DNA of 64,000 nucleotides from Cyanidioschyzon merolae (Eukaryota): the NCBI GenBank assembly GCA_000091205.1, contig AP006502.2; one strand, written 5' to 3'. A program made the translations under genes and the position numbers. The notes under the pieces were generated by a model. That model was not told where the DNA came from, ran no database searches, and worked only from the letters and a program-made list of their open reading frames with translations. How positions within the stretch are numbered: position 1 is the stretch's first letter; every line of letters begins with the position of its first letter. Below, piece after piece: positions 1-11,592 of this stretch.

Positions 1-1076
1 ACGCACCAGCTTGCTCGTGTGGTCTTGAAAATACCAGGATGCAGTTCCAAAATATGTCCGATGACGCGACCTGCCATCTTCCACCGAAATTGCAACGATA
101 GCGTTCCGGGGACTCCGCAATCGGTATAAAGCACAGGGACGTCGGTTTGGTTTCTCAGTCGATGGGAACTTCTTCGGACGAAACGATTGAAGCGTTTGGG
201 GGGTTTCGCGGAGCAGGCAGCCTATTCAATGTAGGATCGAATTGGAAGAGAACGAGAACATCAGCATCTGTTCGAGCTGCAGTAGATACATTTGGCGGCT
301 TCTGCTACGCTCGTAGAGAGGGCCCATGCAAGAGCACAAACCACTCTGTCGAACCATAGAAGACTTTTCGCCTGACGTCTAGCAGCGTCCTTCGATTCGA
401 TCGCGCGTCATTTCACCGTTTTCCTTGCGTTCGAGCTTTTTCGGATTCCTTTGGGGTTGAGCTGCATTTCATTCCTTCGTACGCTCCGTGTTTTAACCCA
501 TTCGAATGGGTTTTTCTATTGTGAAACGTAATGATTGCTCCACTGGGAGAATCGCGAAGCGTTCGGCATACGGTGACACACCAGAGACACATTTCATCTT
601 TTTTGTGCAAGTACTTCTTCCTCCAAGAATATCCTCATCTAAGGACACACAGACCTGTGTTCATTTTAGAAAACTTAAAGGATGAGCTGGGGCCTGCACT
701 TCAGAATGTCGTGATGGAGAGGCGGTAGCGGGGCGCATCGTCGATAGAATACCACGGTGAGCTGGGAGAGCACCAATTGACACACAGGATACGAGTTCGA
801 GGACTTGTCGCATTGGTGAGTACCGCCAGCGGCAAGAAACGCTTCGAGTTCGTGCACCAAGACTCTAACGCCGCCATCCATATCAGAAGGTATACAGTGC
901 TGAAGACGATACCAACAGAGCGGACGGAATGCAACCTTGAGGGGCAGCCTCCCAGGCTCGAAAAGTGCAATCAGAAGCTGAAACTGATAGCAGGGGGCCG
1001 GTCGAAGAAGGCTGAAAAGTGTCTCCACGTCGGTATTGCTTTACTGTATGGTCGCGGAATGTTCTCGCTCCTCTGA
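1..1076 (+). pseudogene. TnpB/Fanzor-like (IS605 OrfB-family RuvC fold) copy 1. 3' two-thirds only: 5' end lies outside the window and in-frame stops interrupt it (three same-frame ORF pieces 147-359, 531-728, 777-1076)
   Basis: All three pieces lie in frame 0. 'VFILENLKDELG' resembles the RuvC-II ivlEdLn motif. 'FEFVHQDSNAAIHIRR' resembles RuvC-III DxNAAxNI. Collinear protein similarity to copy 2 (42919-43695) includes the conserved C-terminal 'GGRSKK..LHVG'. TAG at 726-728 is in frame. Confidence 0.5.
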
Positions 1077-3343
1077 ACGAGTGAAGTCCACCGACTCGAG
1101 CAACCATAGTTCAGCTGCAGTGTCTTTCCATCCGAATCAACAATAGCCATTACATGCTTTTTCTGCGACTGTTGCCTTTTCCTCTCGCTTGTCTCCGTTA
1201 TCTAATACGTGCGTTCCTGTCCCTCCAGCGTTGTTTTCAGTAGTCGAAAAGTGTTCGTGACAGTGTTCAAGTTCCGATTTCGCCGCTTCGGGCCGTTTTC
1301 CATGCATTTCATCCACAGGGAGTAGTTGCAGACTACGCTTCGCTTGCCATTCGCATCTTGTTTGTTTACAGATTCGACGCGCCCTTCGCAGCGGTGACAC
1401 ATAGTAACGATCATGAATGGGCACATGTGCCCATCAGCTCCCCTTACGTGTGCCGTCCTGTGGCGCATGAAGGCTTGTTTTCGCGTCCGGCTCATGCCTG
1501 TGACGTGTAAAGAGGGGTCCCAGGAATACCCTCCGCCGTTTTTGCGCCCGCTCTAGTACCGAAGGACGACGGGCTTCACCTGCGCGATATCCTCGGAGTG
1601 CATAATCCCCGCCACACGAGCGAGCACACGCTACTCCACTCGATAGAGGATTTGTGGAACGCGATGTCGTTCATGATGATGAAAAAGGCACCGGAAGGAT
1701 AATCCATGCCGGAGACAACGAAAAAGTCAGATCCGTTGATGCGCCCTTCGCGCTACGCGGTAGCAAGCGTTCCACGCGAAGCGACCGATGGAATGACGAA
1801 GATGCGAGTCCCAGGCCCTTTTCCGCACAAACAGAAGAGACGATTGCCCCTGGGGGCATGTCTGGGACGGCGTATCTTGCGGGCACGGAATACGGGGCTC
1901 CGACGGCCACAAAGAGAAGCGGAGCACCCTGTCAAACGGAGCCCCGTGTTTGACGTCACAAGTTCAGTGAACTTTTAGCATGGGCGTGTCAACAGGTCAT
2001 CAAAGGACAAAGTCGATTGATTCTTGCTCGCCAATTCAGGGGCGCGATATGCTACGGCCTCGAGTTGCGTCCAAGCAGAACTATCGAATAGTTGAAGAAT
2101 GCGTGATTTGCGCGTACTCGACGTAAAGAAACGAAAGGTTTCGTTGCTTGTCCATATCCACTGAAGACTGGTATCGGTTGCTTCACGGACGCTTGTTCGT
2201 TGGCGTCACGAACCATCTCGATTCCACTTGCAGTAACGTATTCCAGCGGGAACGCGTCGAGGGGGCCTCTCCTATACGAGAATCGAGGATCCTAAAACTA
2301 AGTATGTATCCTAAAACCGCAACTGTTGCACTTCTAATGTCGATGTCGTACATCTGCAAGCAAGTTCCGGAACATCGAATGACAGGAACAAAGCGAGCAA
2401 TTCAGCATTCCATATCTATCTGACACCAGCATTGCGGACATATGCGCGGCGGCAGGCCGCCCCAGCGTCTCGTGGCCAATCTCTCATGCTTTGGGGTAAC
2501 TGCAAGGTTACCGCCATTTCGAAAAAACCTATGATCAAGGCGGACGCTGTTACCATCAAGCTACCGAGCGCCCCGGATTGCTCTCGATGGGTCCTCTGTT
2601 GAGAATCTGGACTTGGCGGCACCAGCACGATACTATCCAGCTTCTTTGGTGGCGTTCAGAAATGACGCTTCAGAGACCCAGCGCCCTTTCGATAACGGTA
2701 GCCTGCCAAAGCCCGCACGCCTCGGTTCGCGAAACCATACTGCGTCCGTTCAGGCATCGCCGGCGCTCATTCTATCAGTCTAGCTCGTGCGACAACGGCG
2801 AGATAACCTCTAATGAGGGCCGTTTCTCCACCGCCCGTAAAGCATCAGCGTGTCGTTGTATTCGTAGACGGCACGGCGGGCGATCGTGGTGCGCTCTCTG
2901 AGTGACGCTCCGCGATAGCAGCAGGGGCGACGCTGGTCAAGCTTAGGTCGCAATTTGACTTGCGTTTCGATGATCGCCTTGGTCGTTGTTCAGTGCCGAG
3001 TGAGTGCTATTTGTATGTGCGAAGTAGCGAATGTGCGCTATCCCGCAGATGCTCATGACCTAGATTGATAGAGGAATATGGCATGTGCGCGCAAGCGCAG
3101 CGCTACGGCATCTCGCTGGCGGCGGCAAAGACGACTCACTCGCTCATCGCATGCCCAGCATACACCCTACTAGATACGCTCCGGTTCCGTACACATTTTG
3201 ACCACAAATCTGCGCGGTGTCACGGCTCCGTTCACGGCCTTTGTATGCCACGTCGACTAACTGAAAGCACAGCGGATCCTAGGTCGGAACAATAGATCCT
3301 TCATCTGCGAGCCATTGCCGTATCGATCACGTCATCAGATCGC

Positions 3344-4468
3344 TCAGGTTCGTGGTGATGCATGCCCCGTAGAGGCCGCGCTTTTGCCTACCGTGCGAAG
3401 CAGTCGAGTGTTGCTGTCGACATCGGCGGGCATCTCGACGTCACTGGGCTCACTTTCAGATCCGCTAAGACGCGACCCTGACCACGGGACCGATGTCGTT
3501 CCCTTGCTCTGAGACTGACTCTCCGATACGGCTTCCCGTGTCCACCAGAAAGACGCGAGTCTTCTTCTCAACCACGGATACACGCCGAAACACCACTCAG
3601 GATCATGCAGACGTTTCCAGTGCTCGGTCTGCAATTTTGAGAGATGCGCTGCAACCCAGCCCAACTGTTTCGTGCCGTGCCTAATAATTTTTCGGGACGC
3701 CCAGTTTATGAGCGATGCTGGAATAAACTTGATACGCGGATCGAATACACCCACCAGACGGACCCGAGTGCGACCCCGGGATACCGGATGCAGCTCGAAA
3801 CACGCTCGCGCTTCGACGGTGACGGAGCGTTGGTCTGCCACACGCTCGCGCATCCGTTCCGCTGCACGCCATGCCGCACCGTCAGCGGGGCGCACAGAGC
3901 GAATCACAATGTAAACGGACTGGCTGGGTTCATCGAGCGCATCAATGCCTCGCCCTACCAGGTAGATGGTGCGGTCCGCGAAGGGCCACGGCGCATAGAA
4001 GCGTGCGTAAACCGCACGTTGCACCCGTCCACTCGGAACCAGAAGTTTTATATCCCTCACATACCAAAAAAGCTGCCCGAAGAGATCCGGTTCAGCCAGT
4101 ACACAACAGAGGTTCTCGAGCGGTGCACTCAACTCCGCTGTGACGTGGTACTTGTGTAGGACACTGCCGGGAATCCTACGATATCGTACTATCATTCGTT
4201 TTGTTTGCACTGCTATTGAATAGGCGGGATCGCTTTCGTCATTTAAATCTTGGAGAAAAAGCGATAAGTCATCGGTTTCCCGGAAAATCTCCTCAATGAG
4301 GGGTCCGAAGCTCGCAGCACGCGCCGCAGTGATACCCTGCTGCACTAGAACTCGACGCGCAGCAAAGAGCTGCTCCTCCTCGTACAGCGCTCTGGCATCG
4401 GCTATCGCTGGGTTATCCCAGGCATCAAAATATATGCTATCTTCCGGGCCCTCCTCGAGTCTTTGCAT
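3344..4468 (-). CDS. START/Bet v1-like lipid-binding domain protein
   Basis: 374-aa ORF with ATG start. Central region 'AVYARFYAPWPFADRTIYLVGRG...VIRSV' and 'VFDPRIKFIPASLINWASRKII' match the START-domain pattern (pWPlspRDfv ... DpkGxiPxwlvN). Confidence 0.5.
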   Translation of the reverse strand: MQRLEEGPEDSIYFDAWDNPAIADARALYEEEQLFAARRVLVQQGITAARAASFGPLIEEIFRETDDLSLFLQDLNDESDPAYSIAVQTKRMIVRYRRIPGSVLHKYHVTAELSAPLENLCCVLAEPDLFGQLFWYVRDIKLLVPSGRVQRAVYARFYAPWPFADRTIYLVGRGIDALDEPSQSVYIVIRSVRPADGAAWRAAERMRERVADQRSVTVEARACFELHPVSRGRTRVRLVGVFDPRIKFIPASLINWASRKIIRHGTKQLGWVAAHLSKLQTEHWKRLHDPEWCFGVYPWLRRRLASFWWTREAVSESQSQSKGTTSVPWSGSRLSGSESEPSDVEMPADVDSNTRLLRTVGKSAASTGHASPRT

Positions 4469-4639
4469 GGACGAAGCACGTTAGCAGAGCCATACGGGCG
4501 GTATTCGCCATACGCAAACCCAGACGCTCTGAGGCCCACGCGCCTGCTGCGCTTCGTCGGCAATCGCGTCGATGATTTTTTTTCCGATGACAAAACATGT
4601 ACATTAATTCATGGATTCCGGATTGTGAGAGGGATATTG

Positions 4640-5235
4640 GCTTTCGGGAAAGCGTCCATCATGCTGCTGCACCCTACCACCGAGTTCCGTCAACTGTTCT
4701 CAGATGTACTGGTCGTTTTCTATGTTCCTCTGTTCGCAGAGTATCTGCTTTGAGCACCTGCCTTGGCGCCGACACCGGTGGAGCAGATGTATCACGGAGA
4801 GAGAACGGCTTTGCGATGCCACGGAGGGCGTCGGCTCGAGACATGATTCATTCAACACGGGGTCGGAGTACATAATTATTCCGGGAGCCTGCCAGCTGCG
4901 CAGACAGAAGTACTGCCTGCGGCAGTGCGAAGCGATTGACTTGGAGTCCACTGCGACCAGGGCGACGCCCAAACGCAGCATATCGGCTCCTGGTCACTGA
5001 ATAAACTGCGTTTCGAACGAGCTTCTCAGATCCCTTCACGGCACTAGGCACTGGGAAGAGCATGGAGCACTGGTCTGACAGACTCGTCCGGCTCGCTGGA
5101 CCTCTCGCCTAGATGATAAACTTTCGACAATGCGGAAAGCTTTCCCGCATTTCAACGCTTACCCTAGACAGGGAACGGGATAGTTATCTCGTTGCTAGTT
5201 AGAGGCTCGTTTTTGTTCCTATAAATGAATACAGG
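4640..5235 (+). repeat. Degenerate ~0.5-kb dispersed repeat, copy A (partner at 40790-41265). Contains an intact 98-aa Cys/His-rich ORF at 4704-5000
   Basis: Collinear DNA similarity to 40921-41265 (clear), with weaker similarity out to 40790. Shared 21-mer gactcgtccggctcgctggac sits at about 5085 and 41106. A 123-nt in-frame indel separates the copies. Confidence 0.6.
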
Positions 5236-6594
5236 ATAAACTAGTACCGACTCACGGGCACCGCGCAACCTTTTTTGGCCAACCCTATGCTTTAGATTTC
5301 AGTTTATGCGCACATGCTTCGAGACTGAGAGGGTGCCCCGCGAAGTGCGATCGCTTTAGCTCCTCGGATCTCGTCTTCAGCACCGCACATCGACTTATAT
5401 TGGTAGCAACGTTGAAGTCTCGATTCAGGAACTCCATGCATTAACTGATGCGGGTTGAACTCATCCATACAGGGTTTGCTAGAATTTGTGCCTTCTATGC
5501 AATTTGGTGCTCTGTCAGCTCGCCGTACTCTTATTTAGCCGAGGCGCTCCGCTGTCTTCTCCCTATCTCGACATTATGAAGTGAACACCTCAGCCCGTAC
5601 CGTAGAATATTAAAATGAACGCACTCCTTCATGCCCTTAGGTAGCGACAGTCCCCGAGCGAGAAGGACTTGCGGAAAGAGAAAGCAGGGGAATGGTGATT
5701 TACCATGTTGTCCAATCAAGGCCGTCGCCAGACCTGCAATGAAAACGTCTTCAATGATTCAACGGAATGGTTGGCGCTGTAGTTTGAGCCTTCTCTACGA
5801 GCCAAACTGAGGCTGCCAGATGAATCCACTGTAGCTAGAATAGATGAAGATGTCGTCATTCTCTACGTGCTCGATCGTACATACAACGGGCACTCTGCTC
5901 CCCGAATACCCATATACACTCCGATCCTTTCATCCGAAGCAAGTCTCATCGACTGAGAGAAAACAAACCGACTTCTCCGTCTTCACATCGACTGCAACGT
6001 TCCAGGAACGCTGTCGTTGCGATTCCGGTGCTAGTTGGCCGTGTGTGCATTAGGACGCTTTGTTTGTGTCTGTACATTAGTGTTTTCGGGACCAAACGAA
6101 CGACCCGTTGTGAAACATTGACACCCATGTCGGCTACGATCGTCGCATTTGCTTTTTATTACGTGCTCTATAAATCGTGTTCAACCGCCGACCGCAAGCA
6201 CGCCTAGGGGGTGGCAGTTTCTGATGCAGAGCGCATCTGTTTTCTTTCTATGATCCTGAAGCACCTGCGTTCTATTGTATGACCGACTTGAATGAGGAAT
6301 GCAGTCCTCCTTGCACTGTTCAGTATAGAATATATATCCTATAGGCAATTCGTCTACAGTCTATGCTGGGAATGGTGCTATGATTTCAATCCCCTGCTGT
6401 AAACTGCAGCCGGAGCAGTGCAAAACTGAGTAGAAAGCATACAGGAAATCAGCGCGCTTGGCGCGAACACGAGCGTGCACATCCGTGGCATGCACCCGCG
6501 GATCAGCAGCCAAGGGCACGCAGGCGTCTGATGAGGTTTCCCCCATTTCCCGACGGGATACACCAGAGCGTCTTCCGCGCAAACAGGCCCCTAC

Positions 6595-6657
6595 GTGTGC
6601 TTTCTTGTGCGTGTGCTTTCTTGTGCGTGTACGTGCGTGTGCTTTCTTGTGTGTGCT
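6595..6657. repeat. TG-rich microsatellite, three tandem copies of a ~16-bp unit gtgtgctttcttgtgc
   Basis: Direct reading of 6595-6657. ORFs on both strands across it (e.g. 6361-6678) are low-complexity artefacts. Confidence 0.8.
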
Positions 6658-6699
6658 GCTCAGCCAGCGACCTTTCACACACGCAGTCTCGTTTACTGC

Positions 6700-7806
6700 A
6701 TGGTGGAACCGTGTGCCCCAACGCCTCTGGTACCTGAACCCGGGCTATCTGTGCCTACAAGTTCAGAGCAAGGTCCAGGAACTCCTGGAACGGAGCCGCC
6801 GCCGCTTGCAGCCGAGGATTCGAGTGACCTGTTGGAGCTTGAGCAGCTCGAGGCTACAGACCTGAACAGGTGGCAGGAGTTTGTCACCGATCCCAAGAGG
6901 AAAGCGTGTGTTCTGGCGGCGCGCTCGCTACGCACACTCAACAAGTCAAAGCTGCTGAGATACTACCTCAACGCAATCGTTCAGCGCTTCACGTGCGCGA
7001 ACTCGAAACCGAGCATTGTCGACGTACACTGGCTTATTCATTTGACCAATACCTTGGTGGAGAGATGTGCGAGTCAGCTTTACTCTGAGGAGCCTGAGAA
7101 CCAGGATCAGCATATGCTCAACGCAATGCGGCTGGCGATACGGACGGTCTCAGGGGCAGGCGCTGCGGTCATCCAGGCATGGATCCCAGCAATGCGCTCA
7201 GGAACGATGGCATGTTTGTTGGCTTTGGGCGCTGCCCCTGACCGCCTCGCTGGGGCTCTGCTGGATCGCGTTGTCCGCGAACCGTACCAGGAATCCGAAT
7301 ACGCTCTCGCTATTGGGGCTCTGGCGAGAAACGCCCCGCGGGCGTTGCTCTTGCACGAAGCTCTGGTGCAGCGTAACCCCGCGGCAATAGATGCGATTGT
7401 GTGCATGCGGGAGCGACTGGCTAGTGCTGGAAACAGTACCGCTACGATACAAGCGAATGCTACAGCAGAGACAGGATCTGACGAGCAGCTTTCGCATTGT
7501 ACATGGCTGGATGCGTTGACAAGGCTGGCGCGAAATGAGTTTGCCCTGTACGCTCTGGGTCTGGACACACGCATGACAGCAGAAGACGAAGAGCGCTTAC
7601 GTCTCGACACTGTTGAGCGCATCCGTGCAGCCTTTGATTCCCCTGATGTGTCGCTCCGAGCGAGTGCTGCTCTCGCGGCCGTGGAGGCGCTGCGCTCTGG
7701 CCAAGCACGTCATCCTTCGGAACTCTCGATTCCAACGTCTCTGAAACCGTTGCTGATCGAGATCATCCGACGGACGAAACGCAAGCGGGACGATGAGGTC
7801 TCCTGA
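6700..7806 (+). CDS. Hypothetical protein, possibly HEAT/ARM-like repeats
   Basis: 368-aa ORF from the first in-frame ATG. The track ORF starts at a GTG inside the TG microsatellite. Ala/Leu-rich helical repeats; no family recognised. Confidence 0.35.
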   Translation: MVEPCAPTPLVPEPGLSVPTSSEQGPGTPGTEPPPLAAEDSSDLLELEQLEATDLNRWQEFVTDPKRKACVLAARSLRTLNKSKLLRYYLNAIVQRFTCANSKPSIVDVHWLIHLTNTLVERCASQLYSEEPENQDQHMLNAMRLAIRTVSGAGAAVIQAWIPAMRSGTMACLLALGAAPDRLAGALLDRVVREPYQESEYALAIGALARNAPRALLLHEALVQRNPAAIDAIVCMRERLASAGNSTATIQANATAETGSDEQLSHCTWLDALTRLARNEFALYALGLDTRMTAEDEERLRLDTVERIRAAFDSPDVSLRASAALAAVEALRSGQARHPSELSIPTSLKPLLIEIIRRTKRKRDDEVS

Positions 7807-9155
7807 CGAACTCAATCTAAGGCGCAGCAACTGCCGCAGTTGTCGACAGGCGCTAGGCAAGAACCTGGAACCTGTCATGCATCCGATATCATGAGGGATT
7901 TTCCGCGACACTTCTTATGTCCTGCTATCCGATCCAGAGGTGTGCTGCTGTCCGACCGAAAAGGAGCCTATCGCTCTTCGTTTGGGTGGTCAGTTTGGAC
8001 GGATGCAGCGAGCAACGATGGTCCGTGATCGCGGCAGAGCTCGAGTTGTGCTCTGAGTCGTCGCTTCGGCGTGCTACCACCAGTTTCGCGGCCATTTCTG
8101 CCGAACAGAATACCTGTCGGCTCCGTTCGTGCTGCATGGCAACTTCGAATGTTATGCTTCGCTTGGATCATGCTCGGATACCTGCGTTCTGCTTTTTTGG
8201 TCACATGGGATTGAATCGACCCTACCGAACCCATTCGAGGGCGGATCGATGCCAGCGAAGCGCAGATCGATCGCCGGCGTGTGCTCGGCAGAGAGCAGCA
8301 CCGCTCTCGCGAAAAGTCTCACGCTATGTCGCTACGTTCGCATGCGGAATGCCGACGCCCTCATTTCGTGCACATATGGATGAAATATTGGCCTGGGGGA
8401 TCATGGAGAGCGGTACTGGCTCTGGGGGCCGCTTTTGCAAGCGTGCGCAGAAACCGCTGCGCCACCCATGGGTGTACAACAGTCGATAACCGAGACCATT
8501 CGACCTCGGGTGGAGTTTTCTGCTGATTCGGGCTAAGAGTCGAGAGCCGTTCTCGTGGACGAGCTGGTCGCCAAGAGCTATGTGTTCCGTCTGCGTTTGC
8601 GCATATTGTAGACGGCAGCGAGCTTGCTCCATGATGCTCGATTTCAAAGCCAGCTGTGCCGAACGGCTGACGCTTTAAAACCAGAGTGTACGATGGCTTC
8701 GCGCGCGTCATTGAAACTTAACGAAGTAGATGCTGATCTACGGCGGCGAACGCTGTCGCGCACAGCGGCGTTTTTATGGATCATGGAACAAAACAAGCAT
8801 ACTGCAGTCGCTGTCCAGCCAGGAATCGGTTTTCATCGCTCGCAAATTCCCGCACAAATCGACAGCGGTTGCATATCGACTGGTTCAATGTTAGCTGGCG
8901 GATTCGGCATCAGGCGAGCATCGTGCTGTCTCAAGAGGATACCATCCAATACCGAGCAGTAAACAGCGCTTTATGGCAACAAGTACATACGCTTAGTGGC
9001 AGATGTCGACAGCCTGTTTGACACCTCCCTGTCTGGATTACTTTCGCCCTCACGCACGCACCGTCAAGTACCGAGCAGCAAACAGCGCTTTGCGGCGACG
9101 AGAAAGTACCTCTAGAAACGGGCTCTAGCATGCGCGTCGTTGCCGCTCCGGCAAG

Positions 9156-10130
9156 TTACTCCTGCGACGCGGAAGCAGGTGCTGACGCATCCGCATCATC
9201 CGTGATGACGATATCATCCAACATGATATACTGTGGAGCAGGACGCACAATGTCCGCACCAGCATCCCAGAGCAACTGTGCACTTACGGAGGTCGCGACA
9301 GCAACACAGCGCATTCTGGCGCGTTTTGCGGCCAAAACACCAGCTGGTGCATCTTCAATGACGACACAGGATTCAGGTGGAACCCCAAGCCCCTCAGCCG
9401 CAGCAAGAAATATATCCGGTGCGGGCTTTTTGTTCGCAATTTCATCCGAACGAGTCACAAAGTCGAACATATCACGCTCGAATCCGATCGCCGACAAGTT
9501 TGCGTGGACTTTGATAGCGTCCGCTGACGACGCTAGTGCGGTTTTCAAACCCATCGTCTTGATCTGCTGAATGAACTCACGTACCCCTTCAAAGGGCTCC
9601 AACGCTGAAACGTATTCATTGACGTAGATGTTGAAGAAACCCTCCTTTGCCTTATTGACGTCAAAGTCTTTGACGCTGTAGCGGCGGGCAACGCCACTGA
9701 GGAAAGCTGCCTCGCCGGTACCCGCGAAATCCGCGAAATCCTTCTCTGTAGGCCATACCCCGTGGTATCTTCGAAAATATTCTACACCAGCGGCACGACT
9801 GAGCCTCTCCGAGTCGCACAAGACACCGTCCATATCGAAGATGACGGCCCGCAAGTCCCGGTTCGTGGCAGCGGTCAGGTAGCTCTCGAGGATCGCGCCA
9901 GCGACCGCCGAAAAATTCCCTTCAGTCCTTTTAGCCATACTTACAAGGCGTTTATAGATCTCGGGTGTGATGTCCACGCGAGAAAGCCGGGCACCGCTGT
10001 TGGCACGGAGAAGACCAAGCCGCGGCCAAGCGCGCGCTTCTGGCGCCGTTGTTACACACCGGTGTCGAAACAACTCGCGTCGATATACCGCAGGTGCAAA
10101 ACCACTGACAAAACTTAGCGTTCCCTCCAT
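9156..10130 (-). CDS. HAD-superfamily subfamily IA (beta-phosphoglucomutase-like) phosphatase with ~90-aa N-terminal extension
   Basis: HAD motif I 'VIFDMDGVLCDSE', motif III region 'KKPAPDIF', motif IV 'VVIEDAPAGVLAAKRA'. ATG start checked. Confidence 0.7.
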   Translation of the reverse strand: MEGTLSFVSGFAPAVYRRELFRHRCVTTAPEARAWPRLGLLRANSGARLSRVDITPEIYKRLVSMAKRTEGNFSAVAGAILESYLTAATNRDLRAVIFDMDGVLCDSERLSRAAGVEYFRRYHGVWPTEKDFADFAGTGEAAFLSGVARRYSVKDFDVNKAKEGFFNIYVNEYVSALEPFEGVREFIQQIKTMGLKTALASSADAIKVHANLSAIGFERDMFDFVTRSDEIANKKPAPDIFLAAAEGLGVPPESCVVIEDAPAGVLAAKRARMRCVAVATSVSAQLLWDAGADIVRPAPQYIMLDDIVITDDADASAPASASQE

Positions 10131-10210
10131 ATCACCTTAATCAGAAGGTGAATTAAGCTGAATTGAACTGCTCGCTGCGAATAGAGACCTGCTCCACACC
10201 CGGAAATCGA

Positions 10211-11377
10211 CTAACTGGCGTTCGAAGCGTCCAGTGCATCCTGCAGATCGCGCAGCAGATCGCCGACTGCTTCAATGCCGACACTCCAGCGCACGAGTCG
10301 CTCGTCGATCCCGAGTCGTTCGCGCTCTGCCGCAGGTACGCTCTGGTGCGTCATTAACGCAGGTACCTCGATCAGAGACTCGACACCTCCAAGCGATTCC
10401 GCCAGCGTACTCAAACGCATCCTAGACAGGCACTCCGCCGCGTTATCCATGGAAAAGGCAATCATGCCGCCAAAGGCACCCGGGCGTGCTGCGTTTCGTT
10501 TCGCAACCTCGTGCTGCGGATGGCTCGCCAAACCGGGATAGATCACCCGGTGGATGCGTTTCGGCTCCATTCGGGAACGCTGCTCGAGCCATTCGGCAAT
10601 CTTCATCGCATTGTCGCAGTGACGTTCCATGCGCACGGCAAGCGTCTTCAAGCCGCGATGCACCAGGTAGCAATCGAAGGCGCTCGGCACGGCCCCGAGC
10701 GCATTCTGGAGGTAGCGCAGGCGATCAGCGAGCGCACGATCGCGCAGCGCAACCGCCCCCATGATGACATCGGAGTGGCCGTTCAAGTACTTGCTCATGG
10801 AATGCATAACGATATGAGCGCCCAATTTGAGGGGCTGTTGGCAATACGGTGTCATAAAGGTGTTGTCTACAACCAGCAGCACACGAGGGGGCGTTTGTTT
10901 TGCAACCATCGCGATATCTGTGACTCGTAGAGTCGGATTCGTTGGGCTCTCCAGCCATACCATGCGCGTATTGGGATGCTCTGCGAGTGCTTTTGGATAA
11001 GCGTCGCCTTCAAAGTCGATAAAGGAGAACGTTACACCAAAGCGGGCCGCCACGTTGCGGAAGTAACGCTGAGTGCCTCCATAAACGTCGTCAATACAGA
11101 TGACGTGGTCACCACTGCTCAGCAGGTGTAAAAGCGTCGTCGTCGCTCCGAGTCCGCTGCTGAATACGAACGCGAATTCTGCCTCTTCCAGGGCCGCGAT
11201 GCAGCGCTCTAGGTTCTCCCGTGTCGGGTTGTTTGAACGTGCGTAGTCGTAGTGCGAGCGCGGAGTGCCCGGTGCAAGTTGCGCGAAAGTCGTCGATAGA
11301 GATATAGGAGGAATGACAGCCCCGGTGGCTTCGTCAGGCTCTTGTCCTACGTGTATAGCTTTCGTTCCAAGATCCAT
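10211..11377 (-). CDS. Cystathionine gamma-lyase (Cys/Met-metabolism PLP-dependent enzyme)
   Basis: PLP-lysine motif 'SMSKYLNGHSDVIMG'. N-terminus 'MDLGTKAIHVGQEPD...VIPPISLSTTF' matches the CGL/CTH family. The track ORF starts at a TTG; start moved to first ATG at 11375-11377. Confidence 0.8.
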   Translation of the reverse strand: MDLGTKAIHVGQEPDEATGAVIPPISLSTTFAQLAPGTPRSHYDYARSNNPTRENLERCIAALEEAEFAFVFSSGLGATTTLLHLLSSGDHVICIDDVYGGTQRYFRNVAARFGVTFSFIDFEGDAYPKALAEHPNTRMVWLESPTNPTLRVTDIAMVAKQTPPRVLLVVDNTFMTPYCQQPLKLGAHIVMHSMSKYLNGHSDVIMGAVALRDRALADRLRYLQNALGAVPSAFDCYLVHRGLKTLAVRMERHCDNAMKIAEWLEQRSRMEPKRIHRVIYPGLASHPQHEVAKRNAARPGAFGGMIAFSMDNAAECLSRMRLSTLAESLGGVESLIEVPALMTHQSVPAAERERLGIDERLVRWSVGIEAVGDLLRDLQDALDASNAS

Positions 11378-11592
11378 TGCAAAAGCGTATACGAAAATAC
11401 GAAACGCCGCTTCGATACGACGTGGCGCTAGCGTGACTTGCGTCTGGTCAGCGGGAGGCGTTGCGCGGTGGGCAGCTCGCTGGTGCCCCTCGTCCACTGC
11501 ATCACTGACGATGGTCTGCTCCTTGTACAAACTCTAGGTGATGTGTCTCTTCTCGAACGGATGAGGGCTTCTTAGCTGCTTGACATCTGAAA

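Noticed and set aside
6595-6657. CRISPR-like array
   Set aside because: Only three direct repeats of 16 bp with about 4-bp 'spacers', in a eukaryotic context; simple microsatellite.
6361-6865. ORFs 6361-6678 (-), 6458-6865 (+), 6503-6721 (-) and the N-terminal 35 codons of 6595-7806 as coding
   Set aside because: They are translations of the TG-rich 16-bp microsatellite and surrounding low-complexity sequence (CVCFLVRV / HKKAH repeats).
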